A stretch of 64,000 bases of DNA from the NCBI RefSeq assembly GCF_040938485.1, contig NW_027271149.1:1674001-1738000 (forward strand), in the 5' to 3' direction. Shown piece after piece: positions 25,370 through 38,987 of this stretch (its first letter is position 1; each line of letters starts with the position of its first letter). Source of the DNA: Diadema antillarum. Lineage: Eukaryota. The notes under the pieces were generated by a model. It was given only the letters and a program-made list of their open reading frames with translations, did not search any database and was not told the origin of the DNA. Made by a program: the position numbers and the translations under genes.

Positions 25370-27429
25370 CCGGGAAGACTTCAAACATAGACTTATGAGA
25401 GTAGTACGGATGGTTGCCAGGCCAGCGGTCTCGTTGTCGGGGGAAGCTGCAGTTGTGTATAATCACGAGAGGAAAATCACCATTGATTTCTCCGCGCACT
25501 CTAACACCCTTGCTCGGTCAAGGCATTAGCGAGCTTTAGATCGGCGACGCGAACGCTATAAGATGACGCTCATTAGGCCAAAAATGGCGTCATGCACATG
25601 CGCGAGAGAGCTGTTTTCATCGCTCGACACGGGAGGAGGCGTCGTCTTTAGCGTTCGCGTTGCAGATCCGAAGCTCGCTATTGTTCGATCCAAGCTAGAA
25701 CTATCTGCGTTGCTTCAGTGGTAACTACTCAAGAAAGATCGTCACCATTATATTACACAGTATGTTTCTTCACCGTAGATAGTAGCATACAAGATTATAG
25801 TCATGAATGTATGTGGTTACCATAACTTGATGCACTATATCTGTGACGTCAATACCCCCAAGAAGAGTGTTTGCATCTACTTGATGTGAAGAAATTATAT
25901 AGGAATCCCAGTTATCATGGTTGTCTTGTGCTGTAAACCATTACGATTTCAAGACTTACGGGGAGCGTCGTGTAGGAGTACCACTGCTTTAAGTATGACG
26001 AAAATAAACACATATGGTAATAAACAGATTAGTATATCTAACATTGAAAATTAACAATATACAAGAAAAGAGTTGAACGCATGAATAGTAATGAAAGAAA
26101 AAGCCTAATAAATTTGCACATTTTCTGGGAGTGATGATGCAAAGTATGCTATTATCTCATCCCTTGATATCGTCAGTAGTAAACTACTTAGATGAGCACG
26201 CAGTGGCGCCTCTCTGCTCCTCAAACCTATACATCTTGATACTCACCCTTCAAAAGGTGTTTTCATAGGCGCCGATAAGCTGCAAGGAAGAAAGACGATA
26301 AGAGTCATTTGGCAAGATGACTTGGTTTTATGATATGAACTAACGGAGGAGACTCATTCAAGCAATATCTTTACATATACAGTATAGAAGGTAACATTCT
26401 GCACATCCTTGTCACACCAAACGATGGAAGCAATTCAATTTGAATTGACCTTTTTTTTTTAAGGAATTGCTATCTGCTAGACTCGCGTCTGTGAGAAGGT
26501 CATGCCTCGTGGGATGAATACACTTAATTTTGAGTAGTTTCTTTGTTTTCATTTTTATATGTGTGTGTATGTTTTCAAAAACCACACCCGAACAGCGGTT
26601 TAATGTAACCCCCAAGAGTCAGTGTATGTTCACGTCATTTTACAGACATGAATATCGTGTTAAGTTTTAGTCAAACACAGAGAGTTACAATTTTGTACAC
26701 CTAACGATATTTTGCTGGTCCGCATCTCGAGATTTCAACAGAAGCATAAGCATAGCATTACCGTTCATCGTTTATTCGGCATCCGCTCTTCGCCAAATCA
26801 GTCAGCCTGTATGGCTGGTCATACATCATCCTGTTCGACACGGAAGCAAAATCAAGGTTAATTGAATACTTGAACGATCAATGCAGGCCTAGACCTGCTA
26901 CTTTGGAACACATGGAATGAAATGACATCCAATACGTACTCTTTCGGATCATTATTTCTGTCAGCTACCGAGACATTTCTTTTGACAAGAATGTTGACGA
27001 TTGTCGTCTGTTTTCATTTATCATGGAATATTGGATCTAACTGGGTTCACAAGGCAGAAGGAATTGATGACGAATAAATTGGACTGAAGGGAGACTGGAG
27101 AAGTTCAACCTCGCTCTCCCTAGAATTTGCTATATAGGGATCGTCAGTTTGATTAAAAATCACATATCCACAAATAGAAACAAGACTGACTTTGGAATAG
27201 ATGAATTCAGAGATATGACGTCACATTCTCATTCAACACCATTTGATTGTTTCGAGACATTCTCTTAAACTCTCAAGGATGCTTAGTGCGTTTGATCAAA
27301 CGGTTGTTATCATTTAAAACTTGAGAAGCATACTAATGGAGGATGAAATAGATGACATGGAATAAAAAATTATAGACAAAAAGACTGTGGGACAAATGCA
27401 ATCAAACAATTAAAGCACACAAACTGGTC

Positions 27430-27595
27430 TCACGGTTTAGCAACGCCGCTGCCGAAATGACGATGGCTGCGGCTGACGAAGAGGTCCCGGACTCTTCGCC
27501 GACCCAAGAACGGGTGTCCTCCGATTCCTCCATACTCCGTCAACTTCTCGCCCCAGTATTTACCGCCAAGGGGTGGGACTGCTTGTTGGTATTCC
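27430..27595 (-). CDS. Gene B, exon 2 of a 72-aa microprotein
   Basis: Acceptor TTTTTTTCCACAG; only one frame stays open for 55 codons: EYQQAVPPLGGKYWGEKLTEYGGIGGHPFLGRRRVRDLFVSRSHRHFGSGVAKP*. GC-rich island in AT-rich flanks. Confidence 0.65.
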
Positions 27596-28446
27596 CTGTG
27601 GAAAAAAATCAGAAGAAAGCAGAGATAATCACCTGACATTATGTAGTTAACTTCTGAAAAGAAGGATGACTTTAGGGGCTGAAAGGTCTTTATGGGACAA
27701 GAGTAAGATGAGAAAAGAATAAGAAAGAACAATTTCATCACAATCGAATAATGGCTAACAAAGAAATAAAGTTAGTTACAAACACAAAAGGACAAAACAA
27801 GAGACAGAGGAAACATGAGGAGGGATCGAGCACGTGATGGTCGCCAGGTCTTTAAGCTCCTTTGGATTGCAAATTTAACCATTAACTCTGTGCTTCTTAC
27901 ACAAAAAGACCGTCTCAAACGTAACGACAAACATTGAGGAATTCTGAGATGACATCATCTCGATTGAGAAAGTGTCGAAGAACGATTACAATCATCGTTA
28001 TCATGGTTATGGTCATCATGACCGTTACATCTGCACTGTCCAGTTTGCCTCTTCATAATTCTCCTCTCTCATCTCCTCTCCTCTTTTCTCCATCATCTCC
28101 TTCCTCGTACTCTGTCTCCATCTCATCATTATTCAATCTTATTATTCTCCTTCACTTTATTTTCCTTCTTGCCAATACCAGAGTTGAAAAAAAAAAACCT
28201 AAATTACTTTCACTTTAACTTTCTCCTCCTCTTTCTCTACTTCTTCCTGTTCCTCCTCTTCTTCATCCTATTTCTGTCTCTTCTTCTTCTTCTCCTTCTT
28301 CTCCTTCTTCCTCCTCCTCTTTATTTTCTTCTGCTTCTTCTTGCTGCTTCTTTTGCTGTTTTATTTTCATCTCTATCATTCGTCATCTCGGTCTCCTTTG
28401 AGAATGAAGGACATTCTCAACACACACAAAAAGAAAGCGTTATTAC

Positions 28447-28499
28447 CATTTTCTGCGCTGGCACACTTGAACGATGTCCAACATCGTGAGCGAAGCCAT
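28447..28499 (-). CDS. Gene B, exon 1 (MASLTMLDIVQVCQRRK-W)
   Basis: Start context CAAACATGG (same CAAAC as the H2B gene); donor ATG|GTAATA; phase 2 matches exon 2. Confidence 0.6.
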
Positions 28500-29135
28500 G
28501 TTTGACAGAGGAAATATTTACAACAGTTGCGACAATCATGCAAGTGTCAGTGAAGTAAGAGAGCAAGGCTCCTCCAGAATGGAACTCCAACTGCAGGAGT
28601 TGTCAGGGAAATGTCCGGGGTTCGATTTCACCAAATATCCATATGGATGTTACCGACCACGACAAACATCGTTGTACATTGTGTTGCATGTCGTGCACAT
28701 CAGGGATCTCGACGATTCTTCCTCGATGTGAATGGAGTATCACAAGTTAACCATGATGAATTTCCAATCGAAGGAACCTGAGATGGTTGCTATAGCTCAG
28801 GGCACTCACACCAGACGACACCAGTCTCCGACCTCGTATCGAAACATATCGAAACACATCGACGTGAATGAACAACGACTGTAACCGCGATAGGTGAATC
28901 TGACATTACAGACATCCAGCAAAGTGGGCCACTAAGGCGCTTTTAGATTATTGACGGATTTTATTTGTAGAGGTATTTCAACCGAAGAAGAGATGAAAAT
29001 CGATTTGCCTACGACATCGGAGCTCTGCCTCTTTATGTTTTACAACTCCGAATTATCGACCAGGAGGGGGCGACGAGCAGGCCCCTGGAGGCACGAAAAT
29101 TGGAGAGCCTTTGTTGCATTGTTGCTCGTTTCAAG

Positions 29136-32100
29136 ATGACTGAACGATCTCCTTTAAACGCTTTGTTCCAAGTGAGAATTGCGTAGAAGATTAGCATCGC
29201 AGAGAAAGGATGAGAGAACAGAATTATCTTTTAGTTGCTGGGCTGTTATTGTCAGTCTGAACAAAGACAGAAGGACGGAGGCGCAGGAAAAATGGAACTA
29301 AAGCCAAGATGAATACGTCAAAGAAAGACATGAAACAGTATAAGCGAAACAATATATATACATCGAGACAATGGAAGTGTAGTAAATAGTCAAATAAACT
29401 GAAAAACAAGTTATGAAAGAGGAAGGGCTGGCAAAGAACGAGGAAGAAACAAAGAGAGAGGGGCGGTGGAGGAAGAGAGATGGAGTTTATTGAGGACTGA
29501 CAAAAACTTCACACCTGATCAAGGCTTATTACAATTGCATTTCTGAGCATAAATCATTCACTTCAGTTTGATTCTGTCATCAGAGTCATCAGCAATTCGC
29601 AGTTGCGTCATTAGATAGCTTTGGTGTTAGGTAATAAATTTCGATTTCAGCTCCTTTTCGGGGCTTTTGAGTGAACCAACGGGAAATGTACTTCCTTCAG
29701 CATCCATGAGATGAAATAATCCGCTGGAATTATTCATCCACAAAAGGAGTATCTAACCTGATGAATTCTGATAGTATTACGCCAGGTCAACAATGTAATA
29801 TTCGCAGAAATGCTGAGGGTTACTTTGTATTTCACAGAAAAATACCAAACTATGGGGAAAAACAGAAACAACACCGTAACCAGCAACAGGGGCCCCTGGT
29901 TCAGTGCCAATGAGCCAGAAGCGCTGTGTACCTGTACATTCTCTGCCAATAGAGGGCTCAAATAGTTGCCTCTTGCAGTTTCCTCTCGTACTAGTAGGCA
30001 GATATGTAGCAAAAATTGGTCGAAATGCTCACATCCGGCGGAAAGTATGAAATTTTGCATATAGGGGTATTTTGGGGCGCTGATTTCAAATATTGCCGGA
30101 TCCAAGAGATCTGGCCAAGGGGTCGGCCGCCATTTTGAATTCCAATATGGCCGCCATCTCAAGACAAATTCAAAGATCCCTATCTTCAGTTCTGAATGAC
30201 CTGTGGCACCAAAATTTGGTACACATGAGCGTTTTGACACATTGAATTTGATGACAGATTGATTTGGAGTGTCTGACAAACATCGAATGGCCGCCATTTT
30301 GAATTCCAATATGGCCGCCTCGACGAAATATTCAAAATCCCTATCTCGATTTCTAAGTGGTGAGTGACGCTGAAATTAGGTGTAAACAAGTATTTTAACA
30401 TACTGAGTTAAAATATTAACTGATGTGATGTGTCTGACAAACGCAATGCCTGCTATTTTGAATTCCAATGTGGCTACGAAGACAAACATCACGACTAACA
30501 TTCACGGGCATGTCAAAAAGTGCAGCAAAAAGGAAGCATAATGCACCTTTCACTGACGTCACAATGTAAATACAGCAGCGCGCACTATATCAGTTACAAA
30601 CGCGCGCTCAATCAGGTAGCCTAGTTTACAAACATGAGATAGAGATTTTCAACACTCCAACATGGCAACTATATATAAAAATTCAAAATGGCTGCCGTGC
30701 AGCTTGTCAGACATATAGAATAAGTCTGTTATTGAAGTCATCATATCACCATGCTTTTATGTATCAAATTCCAATGGCTAATGTCATTCAGAACTGAAGA
30801 TAGGGATCTTTGACGGCGGCCATATTGGAATTCAAAATGGCGGCCGACTCCGTGGCCAGATCTCTTGGATCCGGCAATTTTTGAAATCAGCGCTTCAAAA
30901 TACCCCTATATGCAAAATTTCATACTTTCCGCCGGATGTGAGCATCTTTTTCACATATCTGCCCCACTATACGTGTTGTATGTCAGTGGTCGATTTATCG
31001 GCACTGAATATGCGTTTACAGACGTTCCTTTTACTAATCGTGTTTGCATTCGTTGAAAATTATTCATCATTCAATTAGATACAGGGCGTGTATGATTATA
31101 ATCAAGGCAAAAAAGGCCCAAATATAAATATATTGGTTGGATGAGTGCAGAAATATTTGCAGAACACACCAGTCGTTCAAAACTTATGCGTTTTTAAAGT
31201 TTTGTTATGACCATCCCTAGAACACTACAACTATGCACGATATTACAGGACAACGATGGGTTAAGAAAATTTGATAATTAGAGTGAATTTTACGAAGTTA
31301 AGTTTTTATTTTTAATGAAAAGTACAAATTCCTTCCACTTTTCACTGCCTTCAGAATGGGGAAGTTAAGTGGTCTTCCATTATGCTAGAAAAATTGAAAA
31401 TAAATGTTGAATTCTCTTTTTTTTTTCTGTATGTCGTTGTCGTCCAGCCACATTGCGAATTGTTGCAGTCTAATCACAAAGCAATTGTGTTGCGGAAACT
31501 TTCAAAATCACAACTTTCGGAGCGGATTGTCCGATTTCCCTCAAACCTCACTGATGTGTCCTCCTAATATTTCTGCATACACTCAATCCACATAATCCTA
31601 CACTTGGGGTTCAATTCTCTTTAGCATAAGTAGGGTCCATGGTGTTATAGATGCAAACCTATGAATTGAAGTGCTTACATGTATTAAATAAACATTCAAA
31701 GAAGTATCGTATTACCATTAGCAACCGTTGCGCCCGCAATGTTGTATTACGGCATGATGCTGTAAGTCTTGAAGATGTCTATTATGTTTTCCTTTCTTTC
31801 TTTTTTTTTTCACCAGCTATATACGTCAACATCAGCAGTAAAAGCTGACATTTGCACTCTCAGGTCTTCACCGATTTGGACTTCGACCTTCTAACCCGGA
31901 AAAGCGAACTCTCCAAGAATCGAATGCCAATCGACAAGACTGCACAGCGTGTAAACAGGTGTACAGTAGTGGTAATCAAATCGTTGCCCCTCTGCGACGA
32001 GCTGTTCGCGTATTGATGTGCGGAAACTAAACGAGAAATGATAGGGCACCACTCTTAATCTTCTGTCAGTGGCAGAAATCCGATTGTCTCCCGGTAACCG

Positions 32101-32228
32101 GTGAAGCTTTGCATTGCTATAAACCACCACCTGGAAAAAGAGGAACTCTACGCAATACTCTCGTACATACATGTCTTGTTACTCTTATTTCCAGGAGTGG
32201 GCTTACGGATTACCGCAATCTTCGCTGA
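29136..32228 (+). CDS. Tentative three-exon 54-aa gene E (29136-29171, 31864-31958, 32195-32228)
   Basis: Good donor CAA|GTGAGA and acceptors TTTGCACTCTCAG and TTATTTCCAG give MTERSPLNALFQVFTDLDFDLLTRKSELSKNRMPIDKTAQRVNRSGLTDYRNLR*. The second donor (CAG|GTGTAC) is weak and alternative models exist. Confidence 0.25.
29992..30969. mobile_element. Non-autonomous Academ-like element (978 bp)
   Basis: TAG...CTA termini (TAGTAGGCAGATATGT / ACATATCTGCCCCACTA); 3-bp TSD TAC (29989-29991, 30970-30972); long TIRs rich in GGCCGCCATTTTG motifs. Confidence 0.75.
31136..31623. mobile_element. Degenerate relative of the 9030-9588 Kolobok-type MITE
   Basis: Shares GCAGAACACA..., CAAAACTTATG and GGATTGTCCGATTTCCCTCAAAC...CACTGATGTG motifs; left terminus not recognisable. 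Confidence 0.4.
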
Positions 32229-33655
32229 CTTCTAAAGCCATTAACACAAATACTACACGCGTGGTATACACCCACAAAAGCAAGCCGGGCCGTTCACTCA
32301 ACGAATATAGAACACAGAAGTTTGTTCATTTCTTTTATACCCATTTACTTTTCAAGTTTATCTTTCCAAGAAGAAAGTTAGAAAACAGGAAAGACGACGA
32401 CTTTTTGGCTGCATTGGAGACAGCCATTGTTCAGGAATGGTCCAGTCAAGTTGAATCTCATGTACAAGTGAAAGCGGCGCACTTGTTTACACCTGATTCT
32501 GAACGGGAGGACCACAAGGGTCAACCGAAAATCAACCGCTATTCATACTTCGTCTTGCAGGTGCAAGCATAAGGTACGTACAGGCATATCTAATATGTAT
32601 TAATGTTTGCAACCTTTACGTATTCAATCTTACCATAACAACGGTCCCTTTTAGTTATAGCGGTCATATTTACATGTCTGCATGTTAAGACAATTGTTAT
32701 GAAATACATGCAACTAACAGTGTATACAATCGTAGATAAAGGCTTCCTTACACCTGAGCGTGAGTACGAGGTATGTGTAGATAAGTTGTTTAACTTACAT
32801 TATGAAGAATTCATTGTTTCAATTAAGTAACATTGCGTATTTTGCAGTCTCCTTACATTATAATCAAAGGTTGTACATTTTCATTTTAGCCCTGACGCAC
32901 TACACAACCAAGATCTCATAACGTTTTATTATACAGGCCCTATCGGGTTGAACCGTTTTCACTCATAAATATACTTTGCAAGGGTTAGTATAATGTAGGT
33001 CTACAATTTGTAGTCTATCACATGCGTATTCAGCGTAGATATTAAATTCACTGACTTCAATCATCTCAGATAATAAAGAAAAAAACTGCAATATCTGTAA
33101 TGATATATGTACGATCTGACCGGCCGTTTACATATATAGCTACATGTTATGATAGTATAACAACGTTCCCTAATTCATAACCGAGCCGAATTTGGGACGT
33201 ACATGTAGTTGTAAGAATAATAAAGGGGGAAAAAGCATAGATATTATCATAATTACTGCAATTGCTGTGACCAAAATGCGGAATATCACCGGGTGTATTG
33301 AAGGAAGCTAAATCTTTCCGATCAAAGAAATGCGCGTGATAATCTTGTGCGTACGTTTGCTAGCATTAATTTTGTAACTACATGAATCACTGTCTAAAAT
33401 TACAAATCAGGTGCTTCTGTGTAAAAATATACAGAAAAACGATGATTACAAACATGACAAATTTACGATGGCCCTCCGCACCCCCCCCCCAAAAAAGAGA
33501 AAATGGTGTTCCTGCAAAAGCATTGTCAATAGCATTGTCAAAAGCATTGACAACCGTGACCTTATTTAGGAAGATTGTGCAATTTTTGTAGCTGTTATGA
33601 AATTTTATTGACGTGTATCATAAAATAAAAAAATAATAGCAACGATTCAGAGACT

Positions 33656-33786
33656 ATGGAGCAATTTAGTCGTTAAGAAATCAGTCATTTCGTCGACGAA
33701 ATGACCATTTTGTTGATCATTTCGTTAACAAAATGATCATTATTTTCGTCGACGAAATGTTGTGATTTCGTAACGAAATAGGCCAT
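33656..33786. repeat. Short imperfect palindromic element with internal CATTTCGTCGACGAAATG-type palindromes
   Basis: TTTCGTCGACGAAATG occurs twice and the ends are roughly complementary. Confidence 0.5.
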
Positions 33787-33887
33787 GCGACACTTGGCGC
33801 TTCATGGTTTTAGTCCATGGTTTAAGCCATGGTTTCAATTGTACCACCTTCGTGAATTCGGGCCAAGGAGTTTATATTGTCTCTTTC

Positions 33888-33916
33888 CAGGGAGGTGAGA
33901 CGAAATCACCTCCCTG
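33888..33916. mobile_element. 29-bp hairpin micro-insertion (CAGGGAGGTG family)
   Basis: Perfect 11-bp stem CAGGGAGGTGA/TCACCTCCCTG; flanks CTCTTTC and ATCCTTC match 5/7 as a decayed 7-bp TSD. Confidence 0.5.
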
Positions 33917-34503
33917 ATCCTTCCCTCGACACCCCCCCCCTCCCCTTTTCTTGACATGATGGAATTTTACTTTGTATGATGTACAGTGAATATATATTTA
34001 CGAACTATTTTTTGTCCCTCGGGTTTTCTTGTTCTGATTTGGATTTCGATTACTCTTACCATTGACTTCTGGTAAACTTTTTCTGCATCTCTTTCGATCC
34101 ATATAAATGCATCGTTTCACTTGGCATAACGATATCCTATATTGATTTTTCCGTATAAGCCCTATTATCTTGATGCTCAGAAAAGCATTGAACCAGCCTG
34201 CACCAATATTAATGCGATCGCGCCCCCATTTCAAATCATTTCCGCTCTACGCAACTCAAGAGAGGATATTCCAGGCACCTACCACAATTCAGGCCTCCCA
34301 AACCTTGTTAATGAACTTTTAAGATTATTCCCGTTCAATGTTACCCCACGTTTTGTTCGCTTACCCTAGCTAATCATGGCATGTGTATCATGGTCTGCGA
34401 ATTGTAATCTGTAATTAAACGTTTGAACCAGCAAAATATCTTACGATGGATTTACGCAAGAATGTAATCGTTTGTCAATCTCTCTACAGATAAATCGTCC
34501 AGC

Positions 34504-34947
34504 ATGCCGATGTCAACGCTCGAACTTCGCCCAACAGTCGACTACACTCAGAACACCTATGGCGACAATAAGTACAACGTCATGGAACTGGTCCGTCTCT
34601 ACAGCCAGGATCCTTCGCAGTTACCATGGCAACGGACGAGCGGACAAACGACCATCACGAAGATACATAGCATCAAGCTACCTACCATCAACGCCATGCC
34701 TAGCCCGAATGCTCCCGTGACGCCAGTGGGCTTCTACGCACAGCAGTCCGCGTCGCAACCGCGTCTGAACTTGCCGAGCGTTGGTCGCGGCGCCGCGCAC
34801 AGTTCCATGGTACCGTTCTCGTCCTTCCAAAAGCCAACGTGCGGGTACTTCTTCACGAGGACGACGGAACATCGGAAAATGAGAATGGGTATTCCCCCTA
34901 ATTTTGGGTACCTTTGCGTCACCGCTCCAGCGACTGCAGGCATGTGA
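34504..34947 (+). CDS. Gene C, uncharacterised 147-aa protein with KPTCGYFF motif (paralogue of gene F)
   Basis: GC-rich ORF 14 nt after acceptor TCTCTCTACAG (34489); probable 5' UTR donor AAG|GTACGT at 32573; C-terminal block 17/28 identical to gene F. Confidence 0.8.
   Translation: MPMSTLELRPTVDYTQNTYGDNKYNVMELVRLYSQDPSQLPWQRTSGQTTITKIHSIKLPTINAMPSPNAPVTPVGFYAQQSASQPRLNLPSVGRGAAHSSMVPFSSFQKPTCGYFFTRTTEHRKMRMGIPPNFGYLCVTAPATAGM
34620..34633. promoter_or_regulatory. RFX X-box consensus GTTACCATGGCAAC (inside the gene C coding exon)
   Basis: Exact match to GTHNYY-AT-RRNAAC; function not shown. Confidence 0.3.
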
Positions 34948-35437
34948 TTGATGGCATGTCAGACTTTGACTCAGAAACCTATCCTCCATATTTTGCTGGA
35001 AAAGCTAAGATGACTGATGAAGATGAAGTGAAACTTGCTACACAGTTTGTTTTGAAGGCTATACACGTAGATTCACTGTGAAAACAACATCAAACAGTCA
35101 CAAAGTGCGTTACAGTTGCAGTGCGTGTAGTCCACCATCATCAAACACTGGCTATTATGATCACTATAAATTGGTCCTGATATATAATTAATCAATGGAC
35201 CACGATGTATTCTTAATTTAAGACGAAATAATCGTTTGAAAAAGCATAGATCGGGAGGAAATGCCAACATCGGTGCACATACCAATGATTGCCAATTGTT
35301 AGGAAGCATTACTCTTCATCGTGATGTTGATTCAACGCCACAAAAGAGACCACAGGTGGAATCTGCCTCCAACAATGAATAATAAGTTTGAAAGAAAGAA
35401 AGTTTGATTTGCCTTGTAGCCCACCGGTTTACTGATG

Positions 35438-35574
35438 CAGGGGCGGATCCAGGAATTCTGTAAAGGGGGGCCCAACTAATATTTCTGGTGCCACTTCCGG
35501 GATTCATTTCATTTTTTAAAAACAAAAAATAAGGGGGGTGTGCACCGCTTGCGCCCCCTCTGGATCCGCCACTG
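35438..35574. mobile_element. hAT-like MITE with 6-bp TSD (137 bp)
   Basis: CAGGGGCGGATCCAG ... CTGGATCCGCCACTG; TSD CTGATG at 35432-35437 and 35575-35580. Confidence 0.85.
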
Positions 35575-37263
35575 CTGATGTATGAACTCTCCCTCTCGCA
35601 GGCCGAGAAAATGTTGTCGCCTGGGCCCCTGTCATAAAAATTTGATATGATAACAACTCTTGCTGGAATGGCAATTGTCATGGCAATAACAAGAATTCAG
35701 CTTCCTGATTGACTGTTGCTATTGAAAGTTGCCATTCCAGCAAGATTCGCTTACATCTTTTATGAAACGGGGCCCTGATCTCGGGTCAGAATTGTCTCAA
35801 AAGTTTGCCTCAGACAATATTATAAAGACCACTGGGTAGGGGATGGCAATCTACGAGAATTGGTGATTAGATATTTTAAGACCACCTGGATTATTTCTGG
35901 AAACTCTTTGAAAAGAGACCGGGCTGATATTGCAGTGTATGTTGCAGGGAATTGAATGATGTTACAGTCAGGTTGTGGGAAAAAAATATCGCAGCACACG
36001 TGTTATATCTTCCAGATTTGAAAACTTTAAACCATTACCCTGACAAAAAAGCACCCTTCTGCATCATTTTGACACTTAATGCATACACGCCTTTCCACTG
36101 AAATGATTTACATGTTTATTCAGTATTTCGGTACCGTTACACAGTGGTTGCATAAACAGTTGCAAAAACAAATCGAAACAAAGTAGTAGTCATATCGCTG
36201 CGTTGATGTGCGCTCTTTTAGATTTGAGAAACATTGTATATCTATAATCGTTTCCAAATCAACTCACTTTAATCATAATGCAGAACAAATTCCTGTGGTA
36301 CATATGAAATATGTGAAATATGATGTCTAGATACAATTAAAGCGTAAAGTTTTTTGTGTTGTATTCTTATCGAGAAATCAGAACACAATACAATCTTTAC
36401 AGGTAGATGTAAACTGATGGTTATGATCAGTGGAAAACAACAAAAAGACATAAAGAAAAAAAAGGCAGAATACACGTAAGTGTAGTGATGTATACATGAT
36501 TATGCCAATTAAAGGATAAACTAATGACGTGGAGCTCCTTTTTTTCTAATTAAAGATCAAGTATTTAAAGGGGACAATAGAGGGAATGTATATCGATATT
36601 AAGAATGTACATGCATTAAATCAAAACGATCTGTTGGTCTGAATTAGATTTGATAAGGGTGTATCTGACTGCTAAACGACGTTTTGAAAGTAAAGACGTT
36701 TACATGCGAACATTGTAAGTCTGGACAATATTGCCAAATTGTCTCGTTAAAATTTTGTTATATGTTTTGGAATCGGGTTACCTGTTTAACTGACTTAGTT
36801 TGAGTGCTTATACATTGATGATAATCACGTAACTAATACATGATGTCATCTGTACATCTGTTTGGAGCATTTTGCGTAAAGAGTGAAGTTTTATTGTAAT
36901 AATTTACGTGTAGTCAGATGATAATGTCAATTAGTTATCGAAGTGTTATTTAGTGCAGAGTTGCTAATTGAAATGATATACTTGTGGTAGAATGCAAATA
37001 AATGACTCACTGTTGAAGTTGTAAAAGTTTGTGCTTATGTCTGATGCATTTATCTTCTGTAGACAATGTCCTGTTTATCCCCTATACATCAATAATTATA
37101 TTCCTTATCCTTTTAGTTATTCTTATTAATACAATATAGAAAAAGCATTTGAAAACCGGTAGACTACATTTCAGCAAAACAAAATGAAAACAAAACAACC
37201 GGGATGGGGCATAATGACGAATGCTCACGTGCTTCCAGTCATATTAAATTCCACGCCACCCAC

Positions 37264-37302
37264 CTTTTCGGTACAACAAATAATCGTGCATGTTGACCGA
37301 TA
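37264..37302 (-). CDS. Gene D, probable exon 2 ((A)IGQHARLFVVPK)
   Basis: Acceptor TTATTCCGACATAG, donor AAG|GTGGGT, phase 2 to 2; the downstream end of the gene is unresolved. Confidence 0.35.
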
Positions 37303-38764
37303 CTATGTCGGAATAACACAAGGAAAGATGTGTAATTATTGTATATACACGTCAGCACAACATTCGGAAAGAATCGGAGGACTTCACGGCATCGAAGGTA
37401 AACGTATTACGCCGTACGGCATTAACTCTATTATACACTGTACGTGTATCTGTAACTCACTCCTTTTCAAGTTGTATATTATGATGATTTTACACCGAAA
37501 TTCAAACGGATGACTTTCCTCTGGGTTAAACTTGGAGATCTGCTATGGAATTCAGGGAAATGTTTTGTTGTTATACGAGGCACTGAATACACGAACTGCT
37601 CATTTTATTCTGTCCCCTCATGCCCACCTGGTTTGTTTGTCTTTGTTTCTTAGGCACGAAAATGAAATGTTCTTTGCGAGCGCAAGACTAAACAATCAAT
37701 CACTTCACAATTAAAAACTTTCAAATTCTGCAGCAAGGGGTGACAGGTGCACGTTACGAGTTCGACACCCACGACAGTCCACGAATCATACAGCCCATAA
37801 GTCATACACAGAGCTACCAAGTCTCACGCATTCTGAGTGAGACTCAAGCATTTAGGGGTCGTCTCACGATCTCACGCATGGCACTCATATTTCTCACGCA
37901 TCGGGCAAAATCTGCAATTTGGGCCCATAATAAGGAGCATAGCTCAAAGGATTAAATTGATAGTTACAATTGAAGGTATATTTTCCTTTTGTCTTTCAAA
38001 ATAAGTAAAAAATAGTCACTTAAGTATGCACCTGATCGCACCATTAAGAGCTAAAAATTGAAAAAGCTCCCTACCGTGGGAGGCTATGGGGGGGGGGTGG
38101 GCGGGGAGGGAGGGAAACCCTCCCACACCCTCGCTTGGGAACACATTCGCTCGCCGAGATGCCAAGTCATGAAAATCTCCCTCATAAATTTTTTTTGAAC
38201 TTGGCATCTCTGCATACAGCCCACGAGGGCCTACACAGCCCACGAGTCATACAGCACATGAGTTCGACAGCGAATGTAAGGCCCATCATGAGTCCGTCAC
38301 TGAGCAAACAAGGCCCAAAGAATTCGGCATTAAGCAAACAAGGCCCACGAGACCGAAACATTAGGCCCAATGACGTAATGTCAAACTCACTAGTGGGTCG
38401 TTTTTACCTAGTGTCGTACTCATGGGCCTCTTTTGCTTAGTGTTGAATTAGTCTATAGAGATAGTGAGATAGTCTAGCAAGAATACAATATTCAAGGATA
38501 TGATCAGTCAAGTGCATGGACCCTTGGAAGTGTTGAATAATTAACACTTCACTGCACGCAATTACAATCGCAAGGAGCACATCAGAATGCAAATTTTACG
38601 GCTGCTACTTACACTGCAACATGCACAATAGAGATGAATTAAAAAAAAAACCATCCATCTCCTCATTTAACATATTTACAGTTACACAATATAATGTAAA
38701 ATCAAAATATTCGATTTTTATAACATTTGTAAAATTGAAACCCCACTAGATGAACATGTTTGTT

Positions 38765-38987
38765 AACTTACCTTCAGCCATAAAAATTGTTCTTCATCAG
38801 ACTCCTTTAAAAGCAGTCTAAAAACTCACCTGTTTAAGTCCTCCATTGGATTACTCATGTATTTGATATTTGTATGTCCTTTATCTCCTTCACTTTCTCT
38901 TCCTTCCGCGCCTAGAGCACTATGCAGAGTGGATTTGGCGCTATATAAGTCATATCAATTATCATTATTATCATCATTATTATTATC
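38765..38987 (+). mobile_element. 3' end of an L2/CR1-clade LINE
   Basis: Encodes NLPSAIK.../DSFKSSLKTHLFK (typical ORF2 end), then GCGCCTAGAGC...GGCGCTATATAAG and an (ATT/ATC)n tail. Confidence 0.7.

Noticed and set aside
14395-28489. Low-complexity ORFs at 14395-14697, 15724-16073, 16169-16396, 21137-21382 and 28169-28489
   Set aside because: Translations of microsatellites or degenerate trinucleotide tracts.
28474-28890. Plus-strand frame interrupted by a single TGA (possible readthrough or selenocysteine)
   Set aside because: No recognisable protein and no SECIS identified; it overlaps gene B's first exon and 5' region antisense.
35658-35745. 17-bp perfect inverted repeat enclosing an X-box-like sequence
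   Set aside because: No TSD and no second copy in the window; too little to classify.
36403-36476. Isolated plus-strand exon-like segment (TTTACAG ... AC|GTAAGT)
   Set aside because: Good splice signals, but it could not be linked to any gene model.
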